NCBI GenBank assembly: GCA_963841435.1
Contig: CAWJCS010000005.1
Span: forward strand, 256,001-320,000
Length of the DNA stretch: 64,000 bases
From: an uncultured delta proteobacterium
GTDB taxonomy: Bacteria > Myxococcota_A > Polyangia > Polyangiales > Polyangiaceae
Direction: 5' to 3'
Part shown: positions 39,320 through 49,189 of the stretch, piece by piece
Position numbering within the stretch: the first letter of the stretch is position 1
Layout: each line of letters begins with the position of its first letter
Notes under the pieces: generated by a model
Database searches by the model: none
Seen by the model: the letters and a program-made list of their open reading frames with translations, nothing else
Told to the model about the DNA's origin: nothing
Position numbers and translations under genes: made by a program

Positions 39320-41821
39320 GTGGTACCGGCGAGAGCGACAGGGTCTTCGACAGGCGTCAGGGCGCTCGGCGCGGTCGTGCTGGCGTGGGCGGTGTCGTGT
39401 GCCGTGCCGGACTACACGTTTTCCGGTGACTCGCCGGATGGCGGCGCAGGGGTCGGCGGCACCGAAGCGAGTGGTGGCGCGAGCGGCGAGGGCGCCGGCG
39501 GAGAGACGCCGACGAGCCACTGCGACAACGGCGTCGTCGACACGGACGAGGGCGAGACGGACGTCGACTGCGGTGGCGAGTGCCGGCGCTGCTCGCTGCT
39601 CGGAAGGTGCCGCGCCGAGGATGGTTGCGAAGAGGGGGATTGCATCGAAGGAGTTTGCCAAAAGCCCGACTGCGACGACGGCGTAAAGGACCTGAAGGAG
39701 ACGGCGGTGGATTGCGGGGGCGGCGACTGCCGGCCGTGCGCCGCGGGCGAGGCATGCAGGCAGGCGCGCGACTGCGAGAGTGGCGTGTGCGGCGACGACG
39801 AAACGTGCAGCCCAGCCGCGTGCGACGACGGCGTGACGAACGGCGACGAGACCGCTCGCGACTGCGGGGGCACGCGGTGCCCCGGATGCAAGACGGGCGA
39901 CGCCTGCGAGAAGAACGGCGACTGCGCGAGCGCGCACTGCGGCGACGGCAGGTGCCAGGTCTCGTGCTTGCCGGGAACCGCCGAGTGCGATGGCGACCTC
40001 GCCGAGGAGTGCGAGACGAACACGCTGACCGACCCCGACCACTGCGGCGGCTGCGGCATGCGTTGCAATCTCGCGCACGGCGCGGCGAGCTGCGTGGGCG
40101 GGACGTGCCAGGTGTCGAGCTGCGACTCACCCTACGAGGACTGCGACCGCGACCCGACCAACGGTTGCGAGGTGAACCTCGGCAAGGACGCCGACAATTG
40201 CAGCGCCTGCGGCGCGGCGTGCCCCGCGATCAACGGTGTCCCGTCGTGCGAAGGGTCACGCTGCCTCATCGAGTGCGAGCCTGGCTTCGCCGATTGCGAC
40301 GACGACCGCGGCAACGGCTGCGAGAAGCGCGTCGCCGCCGACGCGCAAAACTGCGGAGAATGCCGCAACGCCTGCACGGCGAACGCCGGCGAGACGCCGT
40401 TCTGTCTCGACGGGACCTGCGGCTCGACGACGTGTGAAGCGGGCTTGGGCAACTGCAATGGCGACCCCATGGACGGCTGCGAGCAGCCGCTCGACGACGT
40501 GGACAACTGTGGGGCATGCGGGAGCCGCTGCGTCGCCGCGCACGGCGTGGCGGCGTGCAGTGCGGGGAAATGCATCGTCGAGAGCTGCGACGCCGGCTTC
40601 GGCAACTGCAACACGGGAGACGCCGACGGCGGCTACTCGGACGGTTGCGAGACGAACACGAACGCGAGCCTCTCGCATTGCGGCGCCTGCGGGGCCGCCT
40701 GTTCGATCACGCACGCCACGGCGCGCTGCGAGAGCGGCCAATGCCGCGTCGGCAGCTGCACGGTTCCGTACCAAGACTGCGACATGGACGGCACGAGCTG
40801 CGAAACGGACACGAGCACGAGCGTGATGAACTGTGGCGGCTGCGGCATGGCCGGACTGCGCTGCGACACACAATTTGCGCATGCGACGGGCAAGTGCGTC
40901 GCGAGCACCTGCCAGCTCGGCAGCTGTGATCAGAGCTTTGGTGACTGCGACGGTGGGGCCCAAAACGGCTGCGAAACCGCATTGTCGAGCGACGAGCTTC
41001 ACTGCGGCTCCTGCACGACACAATGCCTCGCCGTGGGCGGCACCAACACGTGCACGAGCGGCGCGTGCATGCCGAGCTGCGATGCGACCCACCTGAGCTG
41101 CAACGCATCGACGAGCGACGGCTGCGAGGTCGATCGCACGACGGCGGCCCACTGTGGCACGTGTGCCAACAGCTGCGGCGGCGCGGCGCCCTACTGCGTG
41201 AACGGGGCCTGCGCGTCGATGCCCGCCACCATCTGCGGGCTGCCCGGCTGGGCGTTCTGCGACGACTTCCAGGACGGCAACGCGAACGGCTGGTCGCCCA
41301 CGGCGGGCAGCTGGTCGGTCGTGACCGACTCGAGCCTCGTCTACCGCTACGCCGGCGAGTCCGGCTCGCAGCGTTCGGTCGTCGGCTCTGGCAGCTGGAC
41401 GGACCAGACCATCGTCGCCAAGGTGAAGGTGCTCCACTTCGACGGCTCGAGCAGCTCGTACCGCGCCGGCATCCTCGGGCGCTACGCCGGTTCCACCAAT
41501 TACTACGCGCTCATGCTCGACGGCACGGGAGCGCTCACGCTACGCCGCGGAACGAGCTCGATCAGCGGCTCGGGCTGCGGCTCGGTCTCTCCCTCGCCGT
41601 CGCTCTCGGGCGGCGGCTTTTTCTGGCTCGAGCTGCAAATCTCGGGGCCGGCGAGCAGCACGCGCCTCGTGAGCTCGTACAGCACGAACGGCACGTCCTT
41701 CAGCGCGGCCCACAACTGCACGGTGTCGGGCGGCACCCTGGGCGGCGGAAACACGGGCGTGCTCACCGTCGGGCAAAATACCTCGACCGAGTTCGACGAC
41801 TTCGCCGTTTCGACGCCGTGA
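39320..41821 (+). CDS. Large Cys-rich repeat lipoprotein with C-terminal beta-sandwich (LamG/lectin-like) domain
   Basis: AVSC lipobox; ETDVDCGG and GCE..L..D..[HN]CGxC repeats; FCDDFQDGNANGW...FDDFAV; start uncertain. Confidence 0.85.
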   Translation: MVPARATGSSTGVRALGAVVLAWAVSCAVPDYTFSGDSPDGGAGVGGTEASGGASGEGAGGETPTSHCDNGVVDTDEGETDVDCGGECRRCSLLGRCRAEDGCEEGDCIEGVCQKPDCDDGVKDLKETAVDCGGGDCRPCAAGEACRQARDCESGVCGDDETCSPAACDDGVTNGDETARDCGGTRCPGCKTGDACEKNGDCASAHCGDGRCQVSCLPGTAECDGDLAEECETNTLTDPDHCGGCGMRCNLAHGAASCVGGTCQVSSCDSPYEDCDRDPTNGCEVNLGKDADNCSACGAACPAINGVPSCEGSRCLIECEPGFADCDDDRGNGCEKRVAADAQNCGECRNACTANAGETPFCLDGTCGSTTCEAGLGNCNGDPMDGCEQPLDDVDNCGACGSRCVAAHGVAACSAGKCIVESCDAGFGNCNTGDADGGYSDGCETNTNASLSHCGACGAACSITHATARCESGQCRVGSCTVPYQDCDMDGTSCETDTSTSVMNCGGCGMAGLRCDTQFAHATGKCVASTCQLGSCDQSFGDCDGGAQNGCETALSSDELHCGSCTTQCLAVGGTNTCTSGACMPSCDATHLSCNASTSDGCEVDRTTAAHCGTCANSCGGAAPYCVNGACASMPATICGLPGWAFCDDFQDGNANGWSPTAGSWSVVTDSSLVYRYAGESGSQRSVVGSGSWTDQTIVAKVKVLHFDGSSSSYRAGILGRYAGSTNYYALMLDGTGALTLRRGTSSISGSGCGSVSPSPSLSGGGFFWLELQISGPASSTRLVSSYSTNGTSFSAAHNCTVSGGTLGGGNTGVLTVGQNTSTEFDDFAVSTP

Positions 41822-41862
41822 CGCGCCGAAAGGCGAGCCGCACGGCGAACGGACTTCGGTAG

Positions 41863-42051
41863 CGTCCGCTCGAAGCGTTCACCATGGCCGACTGCGCCGC
41901 CGCACCCGCCCTGTTCTACGCAAACCGCGTCGCGCCCTTCACGAAGGACCACCCAGAGCTTGCCCGCTACTTCGCACGGCTCATGGAGCGCCCCTCGGTC
42001 GCACGCGTCTTCGCGGAGGCAGAGCCGTATTTTCACCTTTTCCCGGGGTGA
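41863..42051 (+). pseudogene. Glutathione S-transferase C-terminal fragment
   Basis: EAFTMADCAAAPALFYA...YFARLMERPSVARVFAEAEPYFHLFP*; in-frame TAG at 41860; no N-terminal domain. Confidence 0.75.
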
Positions 42052-42067
42052 AAGAGCTCGGACGCCG

Positions 42068-42559
42068 TCACCGCTTCCGGGCTCGCGGCGGCTTCGCACC
42101 CTGCGCTTTCGTCGCGGCTCGTCCCTGCGTGGGCGCTTTCGGCTTCGCGGCTCGTCCCTTCGTGGGCGCTTTCGGCTTCGCGGCTCGTCCCTTCGTGGGC
42201 GCTTTCGGCTTCGCGGGCGCTTTCCGCTTCGTGGGCCGGTGCGACGCAAGGCCGGCGATGCCGAGGTCGACCCAAACGTCGAGCTGCCGCGCCGTGCGGA
42301 TGGCGTCCGCGCCGACGTACACCATGCCCGCCGAGGGTCGCCCGGTGAAGTCGAACGGCCTCACGTGCGGCTTGGCGAGCGCGGCCGGCTGCCCTTCCTT
42401 GCCCACGCGAACGATGAGCTCGTCGGCAAGCACGCCGCAGCACATGCTTTCGCTCACCATGAAGCAGACGCCGCCGAACATCTTCTGCTCGACGACGCGC
42501 CGCGGCCGCTTCTCGAACGCGCGGCGCACGCGTTCGGCGAGCTTTTCGTCGTAGGGCAT
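42068..42559 (-). CDS. TfoX/Sxy N-terminal family protein with Lys/Ala-rich repeat tail
   Basis: KMFGGVCFMV, PFDFTGRP.AGMVYV. Confidence 0.85.
   Translation of the reverse strand: MPYDEKLAERVRRAFEKRPRRVVEQKMFGGVCFMVSESMCCGVLADELIVRVGKEGQPAALAKPHVRPFDFTGRPSAGMVYVGADAIRTARQLDVWVDLGIAGLASHRPTKRKAPAKPKAPTKGRAAKPKAPTKGRAAKPKAPTQGRAATKAQGAKPPRARKR
42112..42210 (-). repeat. 3 x 33-bp coding repeat (KPKAPTKGRAA)
   Basis: Near-exact tandem units with one substitution. Confidence 0.9.
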
Positions 42560-42599
42560 GCTTTGCGTCCCTTCGGTGACCGCGATCACCGCCCGGCTC

Positions 42600-43040
42600 T
42601 CAAGCACCCTGGCGAAGATCCACGAACTCGATGCGCTCCGAGACGGAGCCGGCGAGGGCGCGCAGAACATCCATGGGGACGACGATGCCCGCGAGCGTCC
42701 CGTCGTCGTTGACGACGAGGACGCGGTGGATGTTCTCGTCGAGCATCAGTCGGACCGCGGCGAGCACGGGATCGCTCGGTCGCACGCCGTAGGCGACGCG
42801 CGTCATCACCTCGCCCACGATACCGCCGGCGTCAGCGCCGCGGCGCCTCGGATCGGCGAGGTCGGAATTGGAGAGCACGCCGAGCAATCGACCCTGAGGG
42901 CTCTGCACGGGCGCTCCGGTGAGGCCCGCTTCGTGCAAGCGCTGCCAGGCCTGGTCGAGCGGCTCGTCCGCTTGCAAGACCAGCACGGCCTCGGTCATCA
43001 CGTCCTTCACTCTCAACGTCTCGAGCATCGCGACCTTCAT
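42600..43040 (-). CDS. CBS domain pair protein
   Basis: VKDVMT...GAPV...LLGVLSNSDL; VGEVMT...IHRVLVV...GIV..MD. Confidence 0.9.
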   Translation of the reverse strand: MKVAMLETLRVKDVMTEAVLVLQADEPLDQAWQRLHEAGLTGAPVQSPQGRLLGVLSNSDLADPRRRGADAGGIVGEVMTRVAYGVRPSDPVLAAVRLMLDENIHRVLVVNDDGTLAGIVVPMDVLRALAGSVSERIEFVDLRQGA

Positions 43041-43139
43041 GGAGCCACCTCCGCCGAGCAGTCTACTCCCCGACCCGTCTCGCACGGGCGCGCAACGATT
43101 GCGCCCTCGCGCACGCTCGTCGTGACGCCGCGCTGACGG

Positions 43140-43820
43140 CTACTTCGGCACGCGTCGCAGCGCTTCGCCGTTGACCCAGAAGACGCTCGCGTCGTCGAGC
43201 GCGATGTCGAAGAAATGGGTGTCGTAGGCGATCTCGGTGGGCTCGCCACCGTCCTTCGACACGCGCGACAGGCTGCCGAGGGCCCCCGCGAAGTAGACGT
43301 TTTCGTCGTCGAGCGCGCTCACTTGCAGGTTAAGGCCGCCGGAAAAGAGCGCCACACGCGCGCCGCCGTCGAGAGAGAGCTTCTCGACGGTGCCGCCGGA
43401 GTAGGTCGTGAAGAACAGATCGGTGGCATCGACCGAAACGCTCGACGGTAGGGCGAGCTCGGACGCCAGCGTCGCCATCGGCCCGCCTTGTTTCGGCACA
43501 CTGTGGATCGTTCCGACGCTGCCCTGCCCACCGCGCCTCGCGAAGTACACGTCGTCAGGGCCGAGCGCGAGCGCGGTGACACCGACGCCGTCCGTGACGA
43601 GCGGCGTCACGGGCCCGCCGTCGAGCGCAACGCGGCTCGGCTCGCCGAACTGGCCCGCGAAGTAAACGTCCGTCGCGTCGATGGCGACGAGGTCCGCGCC
43701 GGTCGCGAGCTCGGTGGGCGGCGTGCCGTCGAGTGGGATCTTCAAGAGCGAGCCCCAGCTCGCGCTCGCGAGGTAGGCATTCGTCGCGTCAACGGCAAGC
43801 TCGCACGTCCAGGGAAAGTG
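43140..43820 (-). pseudogene. Beta-propeller repeat protein, apparently 5'-truncated
   Basis: Repeats like AVDATNVYF...PxDGG; no plausible signal or start upstream in frame. Confidence 0.55.
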
Positions 43821-44038
43821 CAGTCTCCACCGGCCACGCCGGCCACGCCGACAGCGCGCCGGGGCGACACGCCCCACCGGAGAGCCAGGGCGCCGCGGCG
43901 GCACGGGGCGCGGCCGGCACCGTCTCGGCGCGGGACAAAGCCGTCTCACCGCCCTCGTTTGCGGCCGGAACCTGGAAATGTGCAGGCGGCGCGAACCGTC
44001 TGGGTGCACGCTGGCTCCAACCGGCAAGGAGCAACATC

Positions 44039-44242
44039 ATGTGCCAGCGGGTTCAATGTTCGAGCTGTGGAAAGCCAACCTACGCCGGCTGCGGCCGCCA
44101 CGTGGAGGCGGTGCTCGGCGACGTTCCGACAGAGAAGCGCTGCCGCTGCCGCGAAACGAGCCGCGAAACGCGCGAGTCGCAGAGCGCCGCGCCCAGAGGG
44201 AGCCGGCTCGCCGCCATCCTCGGCGCCCTGCAGGGAAGGTAG
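44039..44242 (+). CDS. Small Cys-rich putative zinc-binding protein
   Basis: AAGGAG RBS; MCQRVQCSSCGKPTYAGCGRHVE...RCRC. Confidence 0.8.
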   Translation: MCQRVQCSSCGKPTYAGCGRHVEAVLGDVPTEKRCRCRETSRETRESQSAAPRGSRLAAILGALQGR

Positions 44243-44244
44243 TC

Positions 44245-44673
44245 GTGAAAGCGAGCATCGAGTCCGCGGGCGGCGTCGCAAGTCGCGTTCGCGTGGGCTC
44301 GCACGAGCTCCTGTTCGACCAGGCGAGCCCGGTGCCCGGCGGAGAGGACCGCGGGCCATCACCCCTCGATGTGATGATCGTCGCCGTCGCCGCGTGCGCG
44401 CACTACTACGCCGCCGCGTTCCTGTTTGGGCGGCAGCTCTCGACCGAGGGCCTCCGCGTGGACGTCGAGGCCGAGAAGACTCGCGACCCGGTCCCCCGCA
44501 TCGCGTGCCTCACCATGCAGGTGAGCCTGCCCAGCGGCTTTCCCGAGCGCTACCTCGGCGCCATCGAACGCGCCATCCGCCACTGCCCTGCCTACGGTAC
44601 CCTGACTCACCCGCTCGAGGTAAAGCTCGAGATTCGCGCCGACGCGAGCGGCTCGGCGGCCAACGTCGCGTGA
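44245..44673 (+). CDS. OsmC/Ohr family protein
   Basis: DQ...GG.DRGPSPL, AACA, HCPAYGTL. Confidence 0.88.
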   Translation: MKASIESAGGVASRVRVGSHELLFDQASPVPGGEDRGPSPLDVMIVAVAACAHYYAAAFLFGRQLSTEGLRVDVEAEKTRDPVPRIACLTMQVSLPSGFPERYLGAIERAIRHCPAYGTLTHPLEVKLEIRADASGSAANVA

Positions 44674-44717
44674 GCTAATCGAGCGGCTCTGAGCCGGCCC
44701 GGGCATGTTATGGCCGG

Positions 44718-45286
44718 GTGGTGGGCGCGCGGGCGTGGTTGGTTCGGCTCCTGTGGGGAGCGCTGTCGGCGACGGTGGCCCTGCCTGCAGCGCGGGCTGA
44801 CGAGCCGGCACCGCCCAGCATCGTGCCACCCGCGCCGCTTTCGCCCATCGAGGTGCCGTACCCGAAGGGCGCGCACGGTGACGCCGAGGTCGTGCTCGAG
44901 GTCGTCGTCGCCGAGGACGGCAGCGTGTCGCGTGTCGCGCTGCGCCGCGGCGCGGAGCCGTTCGCGGCGGCGGCGCGCCGCCATGCCGAAACGCTGCGCT
45001 TCGTTCCGGCAACGCGGGGCGGTTTGCCCGTGCGCGCGCGCATCGCCGTACGCATCGCATTCCACGAGCCGCCGCCCGACGAGCCCGCGACGCCCGCCGC
45101 CGCGCAACCACCCGCCGGGCCGCCGAAAGCCTCTCGAATGGACTCTTCGTCACGGCCACGATGGAGTGGTTCAACACGCTGCTCGCGACCGAAGTCGTCG
45201 ACGCGAATTACACGCCGTCCGGGCTCGTATACGAACGGCAGTCGGCACTCACGGTGCCGAGCGTCGGCGTGGAGCTCGGCTGGTGA
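44718..45286 (+). pseudogene. TonB-dependent receptor with a large internal deletion
   Basis: Signal and TonB-C domain in one frame; barrel end TMEWFNTLLATEV...TVPSVGVELGW* in another frame (45131-45286). Confidence 0.7.
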
Positions 45287-45346
45287 CGCCGGCGCGGCCC
45301 ACCACGCACCTGGCGGCGGCGCGCGGGCGGCGCCGCGCGTGAGGAG

Positions 45347-46333
45347 TCAGCGACCGAGCGCCGCCATCATCGCTTCGGGGTAGCGCAAGCCAGAAGCCGC
45401 CCCCGGAGAAAATACCCGATCGATCTCGGCGAGCTCATCGTCGTCGAGCACAACGTCGAGCGCGCGGACGTTCTCTTCGAGGTACTTTCGGCGCTTGGTG
45501 CCCGGAATCGGCACGACGAATGGAGCGCGCGACAAGAGCCAAGCGAGCGCGACCCCCGACGGGGCCACGCCCTTCGCCTTCGCGAGCTCACCCACCTTCG
45601 CCACGAGATCGAGGTTCTTCTGGAAGTTTTCGCCCAAAAAGCGCGGTGAAAAGCGCCGGTAGTCGCCCTCGTCGAAGTCCTCGAAGCGTTTGATCTGCCC
45701 CGTGAGAAAGCCCCGACCGAGCGGGCTGTAGGCGAGAAAGCCCACACCGAGCTCGCGACACTTTTCCAGCACGCCGTCGGTCTCCGGATCGCGCGTCCAG
45801 AGCGAGTACTCCGATTGCACGGACGCGATGGGGTGCACAGCGTGCGCCTTCGCGAGCGTCGCCGCGCTCACCTCGGAGAGGCCGACGTAGCGCACCTTGC
45901 CCGCCTTCACGAGATCGGCGAGCGCGCCTACCGTGTCCTCGATGGGCGTTTCCGCATCGACGCGGTGATACTGGTAGAGGTCCACGTAATCGACGCCCAG
46001 GCGGTAAAGGCTACCGTCGATACAGCGCCGCACGTGCTCGGGCTTGCCGTTGAGCCCGCGACCGGCCGGGGTCGGTCCCCGGATCACGCCGAACTTCGTC
46101 GCCAGCACGATGCGGTCGCGCGGCCTGCCCTTGAGCGCACGGCCCAGGAGCTCTTCGTTCGTGAACGGGCCGTACGCCTCGGCGGTGTCGAGCAGCGTGA
46201 TGCCGAGCTCGAGCGCGCGGTCGAGCGTCGCGAGCGACTCGGCGTCGTTTCGCTGCCCGTAAAATTCGCTCATCCCCATGCAGCCGAGGCCGAGCGCCGA
46301 AACCGTGAGCCCGCCGAGCTTCCGAGCTTGCAT
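45347..46333 (-). CDS. Aldo/keto reductase
   Basis: [42 protein letters not shown]. Confidence 0.95.
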   Translation of the reverse strand: MQARKLGGLTVSALGLGCMGMSEFYGQRNDAESLATLDRALELGITLLDTAEAYGPFTNEELLGRALKGRPRDRIVLATKFGVIRGPTPAGRGLNGKPEHVRRCIDGSLYRLGVDYVDLYQYHRVDAETPIEDTVGALADLVKAGKVRYVGLSEVSAATLAKAHAVHPIASVQSEYSLWTRDPETDGVLEKCRELGVGFLAYSPLGRGFLTGQIKRFEDFDEGDYRRFSPRFLGENFQKNLDLVAKVGELAKAKGVAPSGVALAWLLSRAPFVVPIPGTKRRKYLEENVRALDVVLDDDELAEIDRVFSPGAASGLRYPEAMMAALGR

Positions 46334-46345
46334 GCGAACCTCCTT

Positions 46346-46383
46346 CAGGGACCCTAGGGGCATGCAGGGACCCTAGGGGCATG
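46346..46383. repeat. 2 x 19-bp tandem repeat containing a CCCTAGGG palindrome
   Basis: cagggaccctaggggcatg x2, just upstream of the AKR RBS. Confidence 0.85.
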
Positions 46384-46470
46384 ACCGTCGAGGTCAAGGG
46401 CCGACGGCGCGCCCGGGCAGCGCATTTCCAGGTGATCGAGCGGCCTGCGGCGCGCATTTAGCCATTCGCC

Positions 46471-47874
46471 ATGGCATGCCCCCGATTTTTCGCGATTTTG
46501 CTGCTCTTGCCCGCGCTCGGCTGCGGCTCGAACGAGCCCGCGGCGGAGCAATCGGCGCCCCCGAAGGACCTGATGCTCGCGCTGACGGGCGAATTCCCGG
46601 CCGCCGGGGCGAGGGACGTCTGCGCCGACGCGTCGCTCACGCTGAGCTTCACTTCGCCGCCCACCCTCGGCAAGAAAGGCAAGCTCCAGGTGTTCGACGC
46701 CGCCGCGCCCGACGCGGCGGTCGTCACCATCAATCTCGAGGCGACGTTCTACAGCGCCGTCATCGGCGGCCAGAACCGCCAGCTGCTGCAGCCGGTGAGC
46801 ATCGACGGCTCCGAGGTGTCCGTGTACCTCGCGGGCACGCCCCTCGAGCCGGACCACGACTACTTCGTGCATGTCAACGACGGCGTGTTCCTGGACGAAA
46901 ACGAGAAGTCGCTCGGCGCGATCACGGCGCGCGACGCGTGGCAGTTCACGACCGTCTCGCCCAGTTTGGCGACCCCCGGCGAGCTTCGCGTGGCCGGGGA
47001 CGGGACAGCCGACTTCTGCTCCATCCAGGGTGCGATTGACTTCGTGCCCGCCGGCAACACCGAGCGCGCCACCATCTCCGTCTCGCCCGGAACCTACCGC
47101 GAGATGCTCGTGCTGGTCGGCAAGCAGTTAATCACCCTTAGCGGTGAAGACCGCGAAACGACGATCGTCTCGTACCCCAACAACGACGACCTGAACCCCG
47201 GCACCCACGGCCGCGCCATGGTGAACGCCGAAGGCTCGAACGACCTCGTGATCGAGAGCATCACGCTCGAAAACCCCACGCCCGAGGGCGGCTCCCAGGC
47301 CGAGGCGCTACGCGTCGAGCCCGGCCAGCGCGTCGTGCTCCGCAACGCGACCTTCCGGAGCCGGCAAGACACGCTGCTCCTCAGCGGCCAAGTCTACGTG
47401 GCCGACTCACTCGTCGAGGGCAACGTCGATTTCATCTGGGGCAAGGGCGGCGTGTTCTTCGAGCGCACGGAGCTCAAAACGATCGGCCGCGCGGGCTACG
47501 AGGTGCAGGCCCGAAACCCCCCGGGCCAGTACGGCTACGTGTTCGTCGACTCGAAGCTCACGGCCGACGAGGGCATCGCGGGCCAATGGCTCGGACGCAT
47601 CGACGTGACCGAGTACCCTGGCAGCCAGGTCGCGTACATCGACTGCGAGCTCGGCGCGCACGTGAACCCGGTCGGCTGGCTCATCACGCCGAACGGTGCC
47701 GAGGCGCCCGCGGACCTTCGCTTCTGGGAATACGGCAACGTCGACACCGAGGGCCTGCCCGTCAACCGAAGCCGGCGCGCTTCGTTCTCGAAAGAGCTGA
47801 CGGAGGAGGAGGCGATGCCGCTCCGCGACCCGTCCGTCGTGCTCTCGGGCTGGGATCCCCTGAGCGTGCCCTAG
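46471..47874 (+). CDS. Pectinesterase-family (CE8) lipoprotein with N-terminal Ig-like domain
   Basis: GTYRE, QAEAL, QDTL, VDFIWG, WLGR. Confidence 0.9.
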   Translation: MACPRFFAILLLLPALGCGSNEPAAEQSAPPKDLMLALTGEFPAAGARDVCADASLTLSFTSPPTLGKKGKLQVFDAAAPDAAVVTINLEATFYSAVIGGQNRQLLQPVSIDGSEVSVYLAGTPLEPDHDYFVHVNDGVFLDENEKSLGAITARDAWQFTTVSPSLATPGELRVAGDGTADFCSIQGAIDFVPAGNTERATISVSPGTYREMLVLVGKQLITLSGEDRETTIVSYPNNDDLNPGTHGRAMVNAEGSNDLVIESITLENPTPEGGSQAEALRVEPGQRVVLRNATFRSRQDTLLLSGQVYVADSLVEGNVDFIWGKGGVFFERTELKTIGRAGYEVQARNPPGQYGYVFVDSKLTADEGIAGQWLGRIDVTEYPGSQVAYIDCELGAHVNPVGWLITPNGAEAPADLRFWEYGNVDTEGLPVNRSRRASFSKELTEEEAMPLRDPSVVLSGWDPLSVP

Positions 47875-47933
47875 GCTCGACCTAGGCAGTCTCGAAAGGC
47901 GCCCGCTCGCGTCCTCGGCACGCCACGTTGGCG

Positions 47934-49148
47934 TCACGTCGCAGCCGTGCACCCCTGGTGAAACCAGGGCGGGCCCAGAACCCACCGGGAATCATTTCGA
48001 GACGCGGGCCGTTGACAAGGGAAACGCTCGTCCTCAAATGAAAGAGCGGACCGTGGAAAACGAGACACACGTGCACTTCGTGGAAGAGGGGGCGGACCTC
48101 GCGGCAGTCGAGAATCGACCAGCCGCGGCGGCGTTCGCCGGTCATCTCGCGACTGCATGGCGCGTTCTTCGCGCTCGGCATCGTGGTCTCGAGCTACCAC
48201 GTGCGCGCGCGCGGCAACGGTATCGTCGAGCGCCTCGTGATCCATCGCCGCGACGGCACCATGGTGAGCGGCGAGCTCGGTGTGCAAGCGCGCGCCGCGG
48301 TGCTGCCCGTTGCGCTGGAAGTGCAGGGCTGACGCTCCGTCGGTCGTCCTCGCTCCGTAGAATCCGAATAGCAGTGCGGCGAGCAGCAGGGCGTGGACGG
48401 CCCGAAAGAGGGCGCGCTCGGACGACGCGAGCGGAGGCTCCACGACGAACAGGCCGTCGTCGCGCGCGATGCGAAAAACGAGCACGTTGGCGGCGTCCAT
48501 GGCGAAGTGCAGCGCGGCTGGTACCCAGAGGCTCCCCGAGAGCAAGTACGCGGCGACGAGAACGAGGCCGCCGAGCGTCCAGCTCGCGATCTGCGGCCCA
48601 TCAACCCGATTGGTCGGAAAGTGAGCGAGCACGAAGATCGACGTGCTCAAAACGGCGACCCACACGGGCGCGGCGCCCACCAACACGAGCGCCAGATAGC
48701 CACGAAACAAGGTTTCTTCCTGGAGAGCGACGAGCAGCAGCACGCCGAGGGCCAGCGCGAGCATCGACCCACGTTTCGGCACCTCGAAGCTCGACCCGTC
48801 GGGACGCGCCGCTCGCACGAACACCGCAGCGGAAAAGAGCGTGAGGAGCCCCGCAGTGAGTGCGAAGGCCCCATCGCGCTGCGACAGCCCGAGGCCGAGC
48901 GCCGAGAGCGGGCGCCCGAGGAGCCAGTGAGTCAACCCGAGCACGCCTCCCAGGACGAGGACGTTCGCGGCGCCGCCAACGAGCAGCACGGCCGGGCGCG
49001 AGCGACTCTCGAGCTTCGACAGGTCCTCGCCGAGGCGCTTGACCAGAACGAGCGCTGCGACGGCACCCACGAAGTAGGCGCCGAGCCCAGCAAGGACCGC
49101 ACCCACGCGCAGCACGCTGCTCACGGCGAACCTTCCGGCAACGGGCAA
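47934..49148 (-). CDS. CPBP (CAAX-type) intramembrane glutamic endopeptidase; ends uncertain
   Basis: EETLFRGY, FVLAH, SLWVPAALHFAMD; the reading frame runs about 130 codons past the domain. Confidence 0.75.
   Translation of the reverse strand: MPVAGRFAVSSVLRVGAVLAGLGAYFVGAVAALVLVKRLGEDLSKLESRSRPAVLLVGGAANVLVLGGVLGLTHWLLGRPLSALGLGLSQRDGAFALTAGLLTLFSAAVFVRAARPDGSSFEVPKRGSMLALALGVLLLVALQEETLFRGYLALVLVGAAPVWVAVLSTSIFVLAHFPTNRVDGPQIASWTLGGLVLVAAYLLSGSLWVPAALHFAMDAANVLVFRIARDDGLFVVEPPLASSERALFRAVHALLLAALLFGFYGARTTDGASALHFQRNGQHRGARLHTELAAHHGAVAAMDHEALDDTVAARAHVVARDHDAEREERAMQSRDDRRTPPRLVDSRLPRGPPPLPRSARVSRFPRSALSFEDERFPCQRPASRNDSRWVLGPPWFHQGCTAAT
48053..48332 (+). CDS. Small ACT-like domain protein, +1 frameshift near 48113
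   Basis: Removing one A gives MENETHVHFVEEGADLAAVEIDQP...LHGAFFALGIVVSSYHV...VERLVIHRRDG...; not present in the ORF track. Confidence 0.55.
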
Positions 49149-49189
49149 GCAAAAGGGGACACGAGCCGAGATGCCCTGCCGTCGCTCGC

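Noticed and set aside
42112-42210. 33-bp repeats as a CRISPR array
   Set aside because: Contiguous in-frame repeats with no spacers and no cas genes
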